64,000 nt of DNA, taken from Octopus sinensis (Eukaryota). Every line of letters begins with the position of its first letter. The stretch's first letter is position 1. The stretch is taken from assembly GCF_006345805.1 (NCBI RefSeq), contig NC_043010.1:42098001-42162000 (forward strand). Direction: 5' to 3'. Shown one piece after another: positions 1 to 12,039 of this stretch. The position numbers were made by a program, and so were the translations under genes. Below the pieces are notes generated by a model that was not told the DNA's origin, did no database searches, and saw nothing but the letters and a program-made list of their open reading frames with translations.

Positions 1-326
1 TTGGTTACGTATATTTCTGGTATTTGTCTTACATTAAAATATTTTAATATTTATTCGCCATTATGTTGACATATTTGATAAGCCGGGAATCTATCTTAAC
101 CACTTTATCTATCAGTCACTCACACACAGATGTACATACATATATATGTATAATACGCACACATGCATACACACACTCTGTCTCACACACTTTACTGTAA
201 CCTCGAGATTTCTGTCTATACAATTAATTAATTTCTCTCGCCTTCTTTATATGTCTGCGTGCGTGTGCATGTATAAGGGTGCTTGTGCTTGCATGTGTCC
301 TTATGTGTGTGTGCTTGTATGTGATA

Positions 327-391
<65 letters not shown>

Positions 392-397
<6 letters not shown>

Positions 398-680
398 TAC
401 AAAATTGGACAAGAACGCAAAACATCCGGACAGTTAGGTGATACAAAAATGGGACAACCAAACATCCAGAGAGACGATACAAAGAAAACAAGGACGGGTC
501 ATTCGAAGTTTTCTTTCCTCGGTCAAGTACCAGATTATCTTCGCAATTTCGGCTGATTATACTTGAGATTGCTCCAATCTGGCCAGCCCCAAGGAAAAAC
601 TAAGCTAAGAGCATTAGATTCCTTGGAAGAAAGCAGCGAATGTATACAAAAACAAGGACGTAAAAAAACGGACAATGTTA
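392..680. mobile_element. Non-coding element end embedded between (TA)n tracts, probably a Penelope-like pseudo-LTR
   Basis: About 290 bp of complex sequence bounded on both sides by (TA)n. It has the same architecture as other (TA)-flanked inserts in the window, plus an internal CCAGATT...AATCTGG stem. Family assignment is inference. Confidence 0.4.
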
Positions 681-831
681 TATATATATAAGAATTTGCA
701 GAGTCGTTAGAGAGGTTGAAGTATTTGACGTGTGCTCTCAAGTTTAAATCCCTACGATTACAATTCTGCCTTTATTCTTGGGTGTATCAGTCGATATTGC
801 ATTTCTCTCTCTCTTTATTCTCCTCTCTCTT

Positions 832-869
<38 letters not shown>

Positions 870-1108
870 AGAAATTAGTGGTTATGGTTAGATTTGGTGA
901 TGAATGAGATTCGCCATATTTAATTGGTCAATGCACACTGTATTGTTACGACCATAACTAACTTAACGCAGGTGTTATGGTTCATTAATATCATTAATAT
1001 CATTTAATTATAAAGTGGAGAGCCCACAGCATCTAGGTTCGTGACCATATATGCAATATTGTATAATTATATACAAAGGCAAAAAGTGATGCTGTATATT
1101 ATAACCTA

Positions 1109-1301
1109 TTTACTCTTTACTCTTTTACTTGTTTCAGTCATTTGACTGTGGCCATGCTGGAGCATCGCCTTTAGGCCTCATTCTCTGTAAGCCTAGTACT
1201 TATTCTATCGGTCTCTTTTGCCGAACTGCTAAGTTACGGGGACGTAAACACACCAGCATCGGTTGTCAAGCGATGTTGGAGGAACAAACACAGACACACA
1301 A

Positions 1302-1366
<65 letters not shown>

Positions 1367-1531
1367 TACGACGGGCTTCTTTCAGTTTCCGTCTGCCAAA
1401 TCCACCCACAAGGCTTTATTCGGCCCGAGGCTATAGTAGAAGACACTTGTCCAAGATGCCACGCAGTGGGACTGAACCCAGAACCATGTGATTGGTAAGC
1501 AAGCTACTTACCACACAGCCACTCCTACGCC
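1109..1531 (-). mobile_element. tRNA-derived SINE family A (internal microsatellite)
   Basis: Reverse complement of the copies at 5510 and 23503. Head has A-box TGGCTGTGTGG and B-box GGTTCAGTCCC, then CTTGGACAAGT core, central (TA)n(TG)n, and an (AAAGAGT)n tail. Confidence 0.9.
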
Positions 1532-3576
1532 TATATTTGTGTAAGTTTTGTGCTAATTCCTTCATTCTTGAATACATTATTATGTTTCTAATAACACTTT
1601 AGTACAGAGTAAATCCATAGATTTTGACTACAACCCCACTGCGTTTATAAATTAATTAGATTTATTGGAAACATTCTATAATTGTAACGTCCGTCGCGTT
1701 TATACAATCTTACTGTGGACAGGAAGAGTGGGATCGTCTGGACCCCAGCCTAAAACGTCATTACATTCTTGTAACAATTCATTACCATACTCGTAGCTGA
1801 CCACTGTGAAAGTGTCTTTAAAGCCACTATTATTAAGCATATAGCTGAATCGGCTAGACGGATATGAATATTTGACGTAGTTGCTGTTAGTAAATAAATT
1901 ACTGGTGCGTCAGTGGCGTATATTTTTATTACTAAAATTAACTATTGGATAACTCCATAACTTTTAGCCATCACAGTATTTATAAATTTAGTAAATTTCT
2001 GTGTAAACATGACTGGTGTTAACCGTTGTCTTGTGCCTGTAATAATGATATACTACGTACGAATATATGGATATGTATTTCCTGAAAAATATTTATAGTC
2101 GCAGATTTCTATATAGCCAGTCGAAATAGAAATGCTTACAATAAATATATAGTAAAAAGAAAATATATTCGTATACATCTCTGGCTCTGTTGTCTAATCT
2201 TATTCCACAACTTCAAATTTGTTCCACATACTTTCCATTCACTTTCTGTGTGCTAAAAGTGATTTTGTTTGCTTGAATTGAGTAAGAAAATTCATTGTGA
2301 AAGTCCAGTTTAGATTAACACGAAAATATCTATATTTTCCTCGCGTATCATTTTAAATTTTCTTCCTGAAAACACTATTTTACTTCATATGTATTTGAGT
2401 CTAGTTTTAGGAACCAAATAACGACTTCACATATTTTGGTCCAAACTTTCACCGTTTAAACTTGCTGTTCAGACAGTTCATAACAAGATATTTTCAAGAA
2501 ACTAAGATGATATTGTTAATATTTATTCTTAATTCTGTATTTCTATTGTGAAGTGATAGAATTTGTATGATAGATTAACTGAAAAACCATCAACAGAACT
2601 ATTCTGAGTATTTATAAATGTGTATTTGAAAGATTAATATTGAAAATAGAAGGAGGAATCTTGGTATTTTGGTATGAGATGAAATATCGGAGTGGCTATG
2701 CGTTAACAAAAGCAAAAAGCGATTTAGACATTGTATCAGCTATTTAAATTACAAAACTAATAAATAGAAACATTCGTCATTTCAAATGTAACTTTTGTGT
2801 TAACATTTATTGAAATAAACCGATACTAGTTGCTGTGGCAGCAAGCACTAAATACACATTTCCAATTAATTAGTAACTAAAAAGGAAAATTCAGCTGGTG
2901 CATCTGTACGTCTTTTGATATTCACAAAACACCAATTATATAGCTACTCTATCTAATATAATGTAATCTAAGTGGAGGCAGAAGTCACTAAAAGCAAAAT
3001 ACAAGTAGCAGCGGTGGTAATTGAAGTTTGAAAATGAAATCATTTTAAAATAAAGGAAATGTAAATTTTCTCAGATTTATATGCGTTTCTTTAATCTATA
3101 TATGGATAAAAATATGAATACGTTGATACAAGTAGGGTGTATATGGATAGAGAGAGAGAGAGAGAGATTAAGATATGCATATGGAATGAGATGAGACTGA
3201 ATAGAATGCGCTTGGTTATACTCTTGTATTAATATTACGTCGTTATTTAGTTTCCTTACATTACATTCTGATTTCGAATCACGCCTGTGTCTGCATTGTC
3301 TTTTACGTTTCTAGATTCAATAAAACAGTTCCACTTGATGAGTATTGCTGACATTATCGACAACACCCATTTAGTAAAACTGATGGCTTTGTGATTACGA
3401 CAGAAATCAATATAAGTAACAAGCGAAGGTACAAATGTATATAGAAATGTTACAACTTTTGACAAAATGGATTTATGTGAGATAATTGGAATAGCTTCGT
3501 CGACGTTCTAACCTGAAAAAGGATTGAATGCATTCGTTTCTGTGGCTTCGTGTATGTGTATAAATACACACACATA

Positions 3577-4065
3577 AATATATGTTTATACATATTATAT
3601 ATTTAAAATGACATATATAAATGTACATACATAAAAATATATGTATATACATATTATATATTTAAAATGACATATATAAATGTACATAGATAAAAATATA
3701 TGTATATACATATTATATATTTAAAATGACATATATAAATGTACATAGATAAAAATATATGTATATACATATTATATATTTAAAATGACATATATAAATG
3801 TACATAGATAAAAATATATGTATATACATATTATATATTTAAAATGACATATATAAATGTACATAGATAAAAATATATGTATATACATATTATATATTTA
3901 AAATGACATATATAAATGTACATACATAAAAATATATGTATATACATATTATATATTTAAAATGACATATATAAATGTACATAGATAAAAATATATGTAT
4001 ATACATATTATATATTTAAAATGACATATATAAATGTACATACATGAACATATATGTATATACAC
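3577..4065. repeat. 59-bp tandem minisatellite, about 8 near-identical copies
   Basis: Unit aaaaatatatgtatatacatattatatatttaaaatgacatatataaatgtacatagat; the register shifts 1 base per 60-base line. Confidence 0.95.
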
Positions 4066-4149
4066 ATACAGGCTAAAAAAGCTCCTTCCTGAGTTATATA
4101 AACTCGTAGATCAGGATTCTCTGATGTATACAGCCCGCCCTCCCCACCC

Positions 4150-4263
4150 CACCGAGTGGAATAGAGCAACGTTAAATGAAGTGATTTCTCTGGTCCAGGA
4201 ATCGAAACTATAATTTTACAAACAGGAGTTCAATCCCTAAACTATTAAGCTACGCGCCTCCAC
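4150..4263 (-). mobile_element. Degenerate tRNA-like SINE head (third family)
   Basis: The minus strand reads GTGGAGGCGCGTAGCTTAATAG...GTTTCGATTCCTGG, resembling A and B boxes. Confidence 0.5.
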
Positions 4264-4298
4264 TACACACGCACACACACACACACACACAACTTATA

Positions 4299-4480
4299 TA
4301 GTTGAAATTTACAGAAAAACAAAAGATGAAGACAGGGGTATGAAAATCAAGCAGGTGTATTAGTTTGACGCTCAGGAACAGTGAGAAAGTCTTTTACGTT
4401 TCGAGCCTACGCTCTTCAATAACTGAAAGGAATAAAGGAAAATAAAGAGAGAGAATAAAAAAAAACTTGTGGATTTAGCG
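4299..4480 (-). mobile_element. Penelope-like element terminus with hammerhead-like motif
   Basis: Reverse-complement match to 53101-53190. The minus strand has GAGC-GTAG-GCTC-GAAAC-GT, and the element ends in TA repeats. Confidence 0.55.
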
Positions 4481-4931
4481 GTCAAGCTGTGCGACTGCTT
4501 GTAAAAAAAGGTTTGATAAGAGAGGTAGAAAGAAGGGTAGATAATAAAGTATTGGTGATCCCAAAATGAAGGTGTGCTTGCGTTTGTGTGTATGTGAGAA
4601 TGTGTCAATGTGCGTGTGTGGATAGGGAGTAGTGACTTTGACGTGTGTGGATGTGTGCGTGTGAAAGTGTGTGCGTCTGTAATGTGTGGGCATGTGGATG
4701 AAGGTTTGTGTTTGTGTGCGATGATGGTGTGGCATGGTGTGGGGATGTGGACGGTGTGGGTGGGGGTGTGCGGGAGTGGGGTGGTAGGGGATATCAATGA
4801 AAAGTGAAGGGGAGGAGTGTTGAGCCAATGTGGCGCAAAGAGGCGAATATATATATATGTATGTACGTATGTATGTATGTATGTGTATATATATGTGTGT
4901 GTGTGTGTAAATATACATACATACATACGTA

Positions 4932-5207
4932 AAGGTATGTACCGTCATAGAGGTTAGCTGCCGTGCACATATCAATATCTCTTGATATCTATGGACAACT
5001 GCTTCGAACCTCCAGCTTCTATCTCCATACGATGAATTCATATTCATACCAATAATAATTGGAGCATTAGGTTTTGTTAGTAAATGCTTAAACGATAAAC
5101 TGAGATTTCTAGAAAGAGAAATCTACCGGCTAATTCGTACATTACAAGTGCAATCTGTGAGTGGAACAGTAAAACTATGCAAGTCTTTTCTCAAGTTCCA
5201 AATGTGA
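4932..5207 (+). pseudogene. C-terminal restriction-like endonuclease region of an R4/R2-type non-LTR retrotransposon (decayed)
   Basis: Translates VCTVIEVSCRAHINIS...FIFIPIIIGALGFVSKCL...LQVQSVSGTVKLCKSFLKFQM*, homologous to 51020-51430 (LCTVVEISCPADVNI). Confidence 0.75.
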
Positions 5208-5509
5208 ATTTGTCTGTTAACTACCCCAAAAATGGAGCCTTGTGTCTTTGTTGGAAATAGAAGAGACATGCATAAATATGTATATATATATATATATATA
5301 TTATATATACATACATGCATACATGCAACCGAAAGGTAGAACTATAGACGTGACTAAGTATGCTAGTTGGCTGCGAGTTGTTGTAACTCTTATTTCTAAC
5401 AACGCTGGTACCAACTAGTACCCTTAGTCATTTTAGCGATGTCTATAGTTCTGCTTTTCGGTTGTAAATAGTAAATAAGCCACCTCTATTATTTAGTTAT
5501 ATATATATA

Positions 5510-5902
5510 GGCGCAGGAGTGGCTGTGTGGCAAGTAGCTTGCTTACCAACCACATGGTTCCGGGTTCAGTCCCACTGCGTGGCATCTTGGGCAAGTGTCT
5601 TCTGCTATAGCCCCGGGCCGACCAATGCCTTGTCAGTGGATTTGGTAGACGAAAACTGAAAGAAGCCTGTCGTATATATGTATATATATGTATGTGTGTG
5701 TCTGTGTTTATCCCCCTAGCATTGCTTGACAACTGATGCTGGTGTGTTTACGTCCCCGTCACTTAGCGGTTCGGCAAAAAGAGAACGATAGAATAAGTAC
5801 TGGGCTTACAAAGAATAAGTCCCGGGGTCGATTTGCTCGACTAAAGGCGGTGCTCCAGCATTGCCACAGTCAAATGACTGAAACAAGTAAAAGAATAAAA
5901 GA
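5510..5902 (+). mobile_element. tRNA-derived SINE family A, full length
   Basis: GGCGCAGGAGTGGCTGTGTGG head, GGTTCAGTCCC B-box, CTTGGGCAAGT core, internal microsatellite, AAAAGAATAAAAGA tail. Confidence 0.92.
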
Positions 5903-6003
5903 TATATATATATATATGTATATACACGTATATATATATATATATATATAATATATATATAATATATATATATATATGTATGTATATATGTATGTATATA
6001 CAC

Positions 6004-6055
<52 letters not shown>

Positions 6056-6400
6056 ATATGTATGTATATACACGTATATATATATATATATAATATATAT
6101 ATATATTATATATATATATATATGTATATACACCTGTATATATATATATAGATATGTATATACACGTATATATATATATATATGTATATACACGTATATA
6201 TATATATATATGTATATAACACGTATATATATATATATCATATGTATATACACTATATATATATAGATATATATATGTATATACACGCATATATATATAA
6301 TATATATATATGTATATATATATATTATATTACACGTATATATATATATATATAATATATATATGTATATACACGTATATAATATATATGTATATACCAC

Positions 6401-6440
<40 letters not shown>

Positions 6441-6530
6441 GTATATACACGTATATATATATATATATATACACATATGTATATACACGTATATATATAT
6501 ATATATATACACATATGTATATACATATAC

Positions 6531-6574
<44 letters not shown>

Positions 6575-7152
6575 GTATATACACGTATATATATATATAT
6601 ATACATATGTATATACACGTAATATATATATATATACATATGTATATACACGTATATATATATATTATATATATATATATATGTATATACATAATAATGA
6701 AGGGTGAAATTAATTAATTTGGAAAAATTATCAATTACACCAAGTAGTCTTCGGCATGTAAAAGCCTCATTCGAGGAAAATTTAAGTAATACTAAGCAAT
6801 AAGGGTTTAGCAACGAGTTGCCTTACCACATACCGAATTTAGAAATAGCCGTCAAAGGGTTTTTTTAGTAGAAGAAATAGCTATAACCTTTGACTGCTAT
6901 TTCTAAATTCGGTATGTGGTAAGGCAACTCGTTGCTAAACCCTTATTGCTTAGCATATGTATATACACGTATATATATATATATATATATACATATGTAT
7001 ATACACGTATATATATATATATATACATATGTATATACACGTATATATATATATATATATACATATGTATATACACGTATATATATATATATATATACAT
7101 ATGTATATACACGTATATATATTATATATATATATACATATGTATATACACG

Positions 7153-7183
<31 letters not shown>

Positions 7184-7265
7184 GTATATACACGTATATA
7201 TATATATATATATATACATACATATGTATATACACGTATATATATGTATATATTTCTATATATAT
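5903..7265. repeat. Compound (TA)n minisatellite, unit TATGTATATACACG(TA)n, interrupted by an insert at 6694-6953
   Basis: Directly visible repeated unit. Confidence 0.95.
6694..6953. mobile_element. Fold-back insert in (TA)n array (67-bp inverted arms), probable inverted Penelope pseudo-LTR fragments
   Basis: 6792-6858 is the reverse complement of 6887-6953 with 1 mismatch; loop 28 nt. Confidence 0.65.
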
Positions 7266-8346
7266 ACGTTTATGCGTGTGAACGTGTGTGTACATACATA
7301 GACATATGTGTACATACATAGGGAGAGAGAGAGAGAGAGACTGAGAGAGATGTAAAATTCGATTCGATTGACAGCTCGTCCTTTTCTTGTCATTGTGAAC
7401 TTGTGTTATATTGTTATTTCTTGTAATCCAATCTATACCTTTGTTATTTTGTTTTTCCTATGTTGCATCAGTTACACAGCAACTATATACCAATGATTTG
7501 CTCTAGTGATTGCCTGCATTATAATTGAGATATTACTAATGTTTTGTCAAATATAGTGCTTCAATCATACAGAAAGATGGATTTATCGAGATTTAATGTT
7601 TATGCACACACGAAGTTAAAAAAAAAAAGCTAAAGTTTTTTTATTTGTCATATCACATGTATTTACGTTAGAATGTTGTAGAGACTTGTCTGCCAAAGCT
7701 TACTGCCACAGTAATCAATATCAAATTATCAATGAATTTTCTCTGCGTTCGTCTCTTAACCGATTAATCTACTCGTTAGCATTTCTCCGATATAATGCGT
7801 AACAGAACATTGTTCTCAGCACTCGTCTTTGGAAGAGACCAAAGAAGAGTAACAATAAATATTGTTACAATAAAATAAAAGAATAACGTGTAAAAAGCCT
7901 AAATGGAAATTTGCTTTAGAAAATTTAACGAATGTGAAAAAATTGCTTCGTTTAAATGATAATTATTACGTTACGGAAGACGGAAAGCTGTAAAATACTT
8001 AGAAATTACATTTTTTGCAGTGTTTTACTTTAGTTATTTACTTATACTAAACATAAGATGTTCTCTATCTTTTGTGTCCCGTACATTTATGGTTTTTTGC
8101 TGGCTTTACAGTATACGTAGATCTAAGATAGAAACATATTTGTGGCATTGTTAATAGTAAAATCTGCTGGCGATGATAAAAACAGTACATTTCATACACA
8201 AACATGCATATATGCATACATACACACATGAACACAATCGCACAAACTCCCACGCACTTGCATACACTTGAACGCACTCCCACACACTCGCACGTAAGCA
8301 CATACAATTACACTCATACAAACATATATTATATATTATATATATA

Positions 8347-8378
<32 letters not shown>

Positions 8379-8499
8379 GTTCTATCCTCTTCGTAGTAGC
8401 CCAAGTATCACTTGCGTATAAGAGCGCAGGTAGCACGGTGCCTGGCACTATGGCATTGTCTAGCTTCATTCGGGGCACGTCCTTTATTGAATTAAATGC

Positions 8500-8860
8500 G
8501 TTCCATTCTGATCATATTCTCTATGAGATAGGACATCGATTAGCTACGACACAAAGGGCCATGAAAAACTTCATGCTAGGAATATCATTAAAAGAGCACA
8601 TTCGAAATTAAATATTTCAATAAAGGAGCAGAGTGAACATTACGTTCGCAGAGTGCCGAAAGCACGTGTTTCGCTGTGCTAGAAATGTGTCATGGTTCAC
8701 AGATAATAGGTGGACCGTGCAGTTACCGAATGGTATCCAAGAGATCGGAAAAGGCCACGTGGACGGCCTCAACATCGATAGGAAGTTGATTTAGTCAAGC
8801 AATTTCGGTCAAAATGGAAAAGAATGGGCCAATTATGTCTGAATTAGAAGCGCATTGTGC
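8500..8860 (+). pseudogene. RTE-clade LINE, 3' end of ORF (decayed)
   Basis: LATTQRAMKNFMLGISLKEHIRN followed by VTEWYPRDRKRPRGRP, the typical RTE C-terminus. Confidence 0.75.
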
Positions 8861-9049
8861 CCAGAGGTGTATAAGGATATCTGAATGTTTGGGTCTGAGA
8901 TACTCACATATATATATATATATGCTCCAGGGCATCGATGTTATCCAAGGGAAAGTTAAAGGCCGATACAGCTTGGCACCTGTGACGTCGCATTCAATTA
9001 AATAATAAATAATATATGTGTGTATGTGTATGTGTTTGTGTGTGTGTGT

Positions 9050-9260
9050 AGAGGACGTCACCAACGGTGAAAATAACATGAAATACGAAAACAAATGAGT
9101 TAAATACGTAAACAATGAGAATAAATGGAAAACAGGAAAGTAAATAAAAAGAAAAGACCCTTCATCAGTTGTCGGCTGTCTATCTATTCCTCATTTCGAG
9201 CATTCAACAACAATATGAGTTTTCAAAGGTAGCTGCTCCCATGAATCCTAAAATAAAAGG
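9050..9260 (-). mobile_element. Probable Penelope-like terminal fragment next to microsatellite
   Basis: The minus strand contains CTCGAAAT...CTGATGAAGGG, and the fragment abuts (TG)n. Family assignment is inference. Confidence 0.3.
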
Positions 9261-10187
9261 GAAGTTACCTTCTAAAATAAAATGGAAGTTGCCTCCTTTA
9301 AACGAAAAATTTCTGAGAAATTTACGTTAAATCAGAAATGTGAATATGTGATTAAAATCATGCATCTCATATCAACAATAACGAATTTTGACAACCACGC
9401 AGTGTCACAACATCTATGAGGATAGTAATCATAATACAATAGTACTTGGTTGGCACATATTTTATCGATCCACAGAAACATGAATATCAATATCAGCTTC
9501 GTTAGGAATTGAAATCAGAATGTAAAGAAAGCAAAATGCTTTTTATTCTACGTTGTTTGTCACATTAGCATATCATAGTTTTCTAATTTATATACCCGCA
9601 TAAAATATGCGGCGGTAGAAGGCCAACAACAAGACCGTACAACTTAGATGAGAGCGTAGTTGATTAAATCAACTCCATGATTTAAGTATGGAAGGATGAA
9701 AGTAGGGTTGACTTCTTAAATATCATCTTGCCATTTTGTCCTATCTATTACAATTAGAGGTAAATTTTGTCAATCTACTTTTAAGTTCTAAGTTCAATTC
9801 CTATTTAGCTGATTTTGTCATTCATCTTTTCGGGGTCAATAATTCAAGTGTCTGCCAAATATTGATTTGAATTAATCGTCTGTATTCTCCTTCTACAGTG
9901 ATTTATAGTCGTGTACCATTGTTAGAAATTATTACTTGATTTGAATTATTTAAAGAGGACAAACAGTGGATGTCAGAACAGGTGTAACGCCAGACAATTT
10001 ACCCAGACAATTTACTCCACGGTAACTAGTTTTACTCAAAGTTCAAATACATTGTACAGTCTGTCTGTCGTTCGTGTGAGATCGATAAAATAAGTGGCAA
10101 CCAATTTCGAAAGTCGATAGAATCAATAAATTTACTCTTCTCAAATGCTTGACCAGGTGTCAATGCTACAAATCACTATTATTAATT

Positions 10188-10316
10188 TAGGTCGATTTTT
10201 GCCTTTCATCCTTTCGGGGTCGATAAATTAAGTACCAATGAAACACTGGGGGGTCGATGTAATCTACTAGTCCCCTCCCACCAAATCTAAGGCCTTGTAG
10301 TCCAGTAGAAAGGAAT
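10188..10316 (+). mobile_element. SINE family B 3' portion
   Basis: GCCTTTCATCCTTTCGGGGTCGATAAATTAAGTACC core (Meta-domain-like) plus tail. Confidence 0.8.
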
Positions 10317-10430
10317 ATTACTATTTTAATTACGTCCCTTTATATTCTAAAGTAAGACTCCTGCTTGTCGCTTTAGCACTTCATAAGTATCAGTTAAGTC
10401 CTTGTGTGCATTAGTGGTATCTACCACATC

Positions 10431-10828
10431 AGGCGGTGAGCTAGCAGAAACGTTAGCACGCCGGGTGAAATGCGCAGCAGTATTTCGTCTGTCGTTACGT
10501 TGTAAGTTCAAATTCCGCCGAGGTCGACTTTGGCTTTCATGCTTTCGGGGTCGATAAATTAAGTACCAGTTACGCACCGGGGTCGATGTAATCGACTTAA
10601 TCCGTTTGTCTGTCCTTGTTTGTCCCCTCTGTGTTTAGCCCCTTGTGGTTAGTAAAGAAATAGGTATTTCGTCTGTCTTTACGTTCTGAGTTCAAATTCC
10701 GCCGAGATCGATTCTGCTTTTCATCCTTTCGGGGTTGATAAAGTAAGTACCAGTTACGTATTGAGGTCGATATGATCGACTGGTCCCCTCCCCAAAACTT
10801 TAGGGCCTTGTTCCTAGAGTAGAAAAGA
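10431..10828 (+). mobile_element. tRNA-derived SINE family B (MetaSINE-like), internally dimeric
   Basis: AGGCGGTGAGCTAGCAGAA head, GTTCAAATTCC B-box, and a TTTCATCCTTTCGGGGTCGATAAA-type core present twice. Confidence 0.88.
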
Positions 10829-11501
10829 AATTTCCTTCTCACATCCTTATCCAACCCTTCAGATAAGAATTTGTCACTAATAATGATATTTAAAACTGTT
10901 TTAGTATAGGCAGTTTTTGGCGCAGATGACCAAATGGTTAAAAAGTTGTGTTCGAAATCATGAGTTATGAGTTCAATCCCATTGTTGGGACTGAACTCAA
11001 ACTTTTTGAATGAAAATGGAGAGATGGAAACCCATTGTATGGATTTCACTTTTTAATTCAAAGACCCAGGCTTGTTACACTGTATCACAATAATTCTGTC
11101 TTGACATTACATTAACGGCACACTTTCCTATGGAATATTCAGCTAATTATACACTAATCCAATGCTAATTTACTTGAGTGAACAACCAAAGCCTCTTCGT
11201 TGAAACAGATAGTGATTCATTTACTTGAAATATAAATAACGGTAATTTTTTGAAGCCCGTTCTAGATTTTCTTATCTCGATGGCTTACTTCTTCAATTTC
11301 TCCGTCCCCGAAATGACTATTTCAGTCTCATAGTAACCTATACTTTCCATTTCCAGCTCATACTTATTATTCCTTACTTGTTGCTAAATTTATATAGTTG
11401 TCTTATTTTCTTTAATGTATAACCTTATTCTCTACTTCTCTGACCTGCAAGATTTTTTTTATTGCTTAATCGTTTACCAGCCTCTTTCTGTAACAGTGTT
11501 T

Positions 11502-11930
11502 GGATCTTTTCGGTTTGAACGGCAGTTTTTTAAAATAATTTCTAGGTAACTAAAAAATTTTAAACTTCGTATACTGGTAGAATGTGTTTATAAAACATCT
11601 TTTTCTCTTGGCTTTATTGAGAAAATTTTATAGTTTGTAAGATATTTGTTTTTTTCTTCAATTTCTGCAATTTCAACCAATCAGTGACGTCTATTGAGTT
11701 AAAAAGCATTCTGTGCCGTATGAATATGTCTCTCGTTTAAGAAACAGATTGGGCTTATTTACATTTGTGAAGAAAAAAAGATACCCTTCCCCCACCCCTA
11801 ACCTTAACCCTAACTAACCCTAACCCTAAAAGAGATTGAAATGCAATAGATTGATTCTAGGGTCATAATTATGGGTGACAATTTCATATGACACCGCTAG
11901 AAAAAACTGCCGTTCAAACCGAAAAGATCT
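11502..11930 (+). mobile_element. Merlin-type MITE copy 1
   Basis: TIR GGATCTTTTCGGTTTGAACGGCAGTTTTTT at both ends; perfect 8-bp TSD CAGTGTTT; internal (CCCTAA)-like repeats. Confidence 0.9.
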
Positions 11931-12039
11931 CAGTGTTTCATTCTGTAAATCAGTGGTCACCCTCTTCGGTGGCATTCTCGTGGTTGCTATTTTAGTTGCT
12001 ATCGTAGCCCAAACCTAGTCGTCACACATATGATCAAAG

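Noticed and set aside
1717-1800. EEWDRLDPSLKRHY peptide resembling KRAB-A
   Set aside because: Very short, closed by a stop, no splice or zinc-finger context; likely chance.
3577-4065. Regular repeat array as a possible CRISPR
   Set aside because: No unique spacers, no cas genes, eukaryotic context.
4475-5047. Minus-strand ORF MNMNSSYGDRSWRFEAVV... as a host exon
   Set aside because: It is the antisense of a plus-strand R4/R2-type endonuclease remnant.
5510-5580. tRNA genes (A/B boxes here and in other copies)
   Set aside because: These are SINE heads that continue into shared SINE bodies; no complete cloverleaf or terminator.
5841-7321. Many long YI/HT/VC-rich ORFs (also 27408-29083, 43585-44957, 59245-59586)
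   Set aside because: Translations of (TA)n, (CA)n and (ATGT)n microsatellites that lack stop codons; not proteins.
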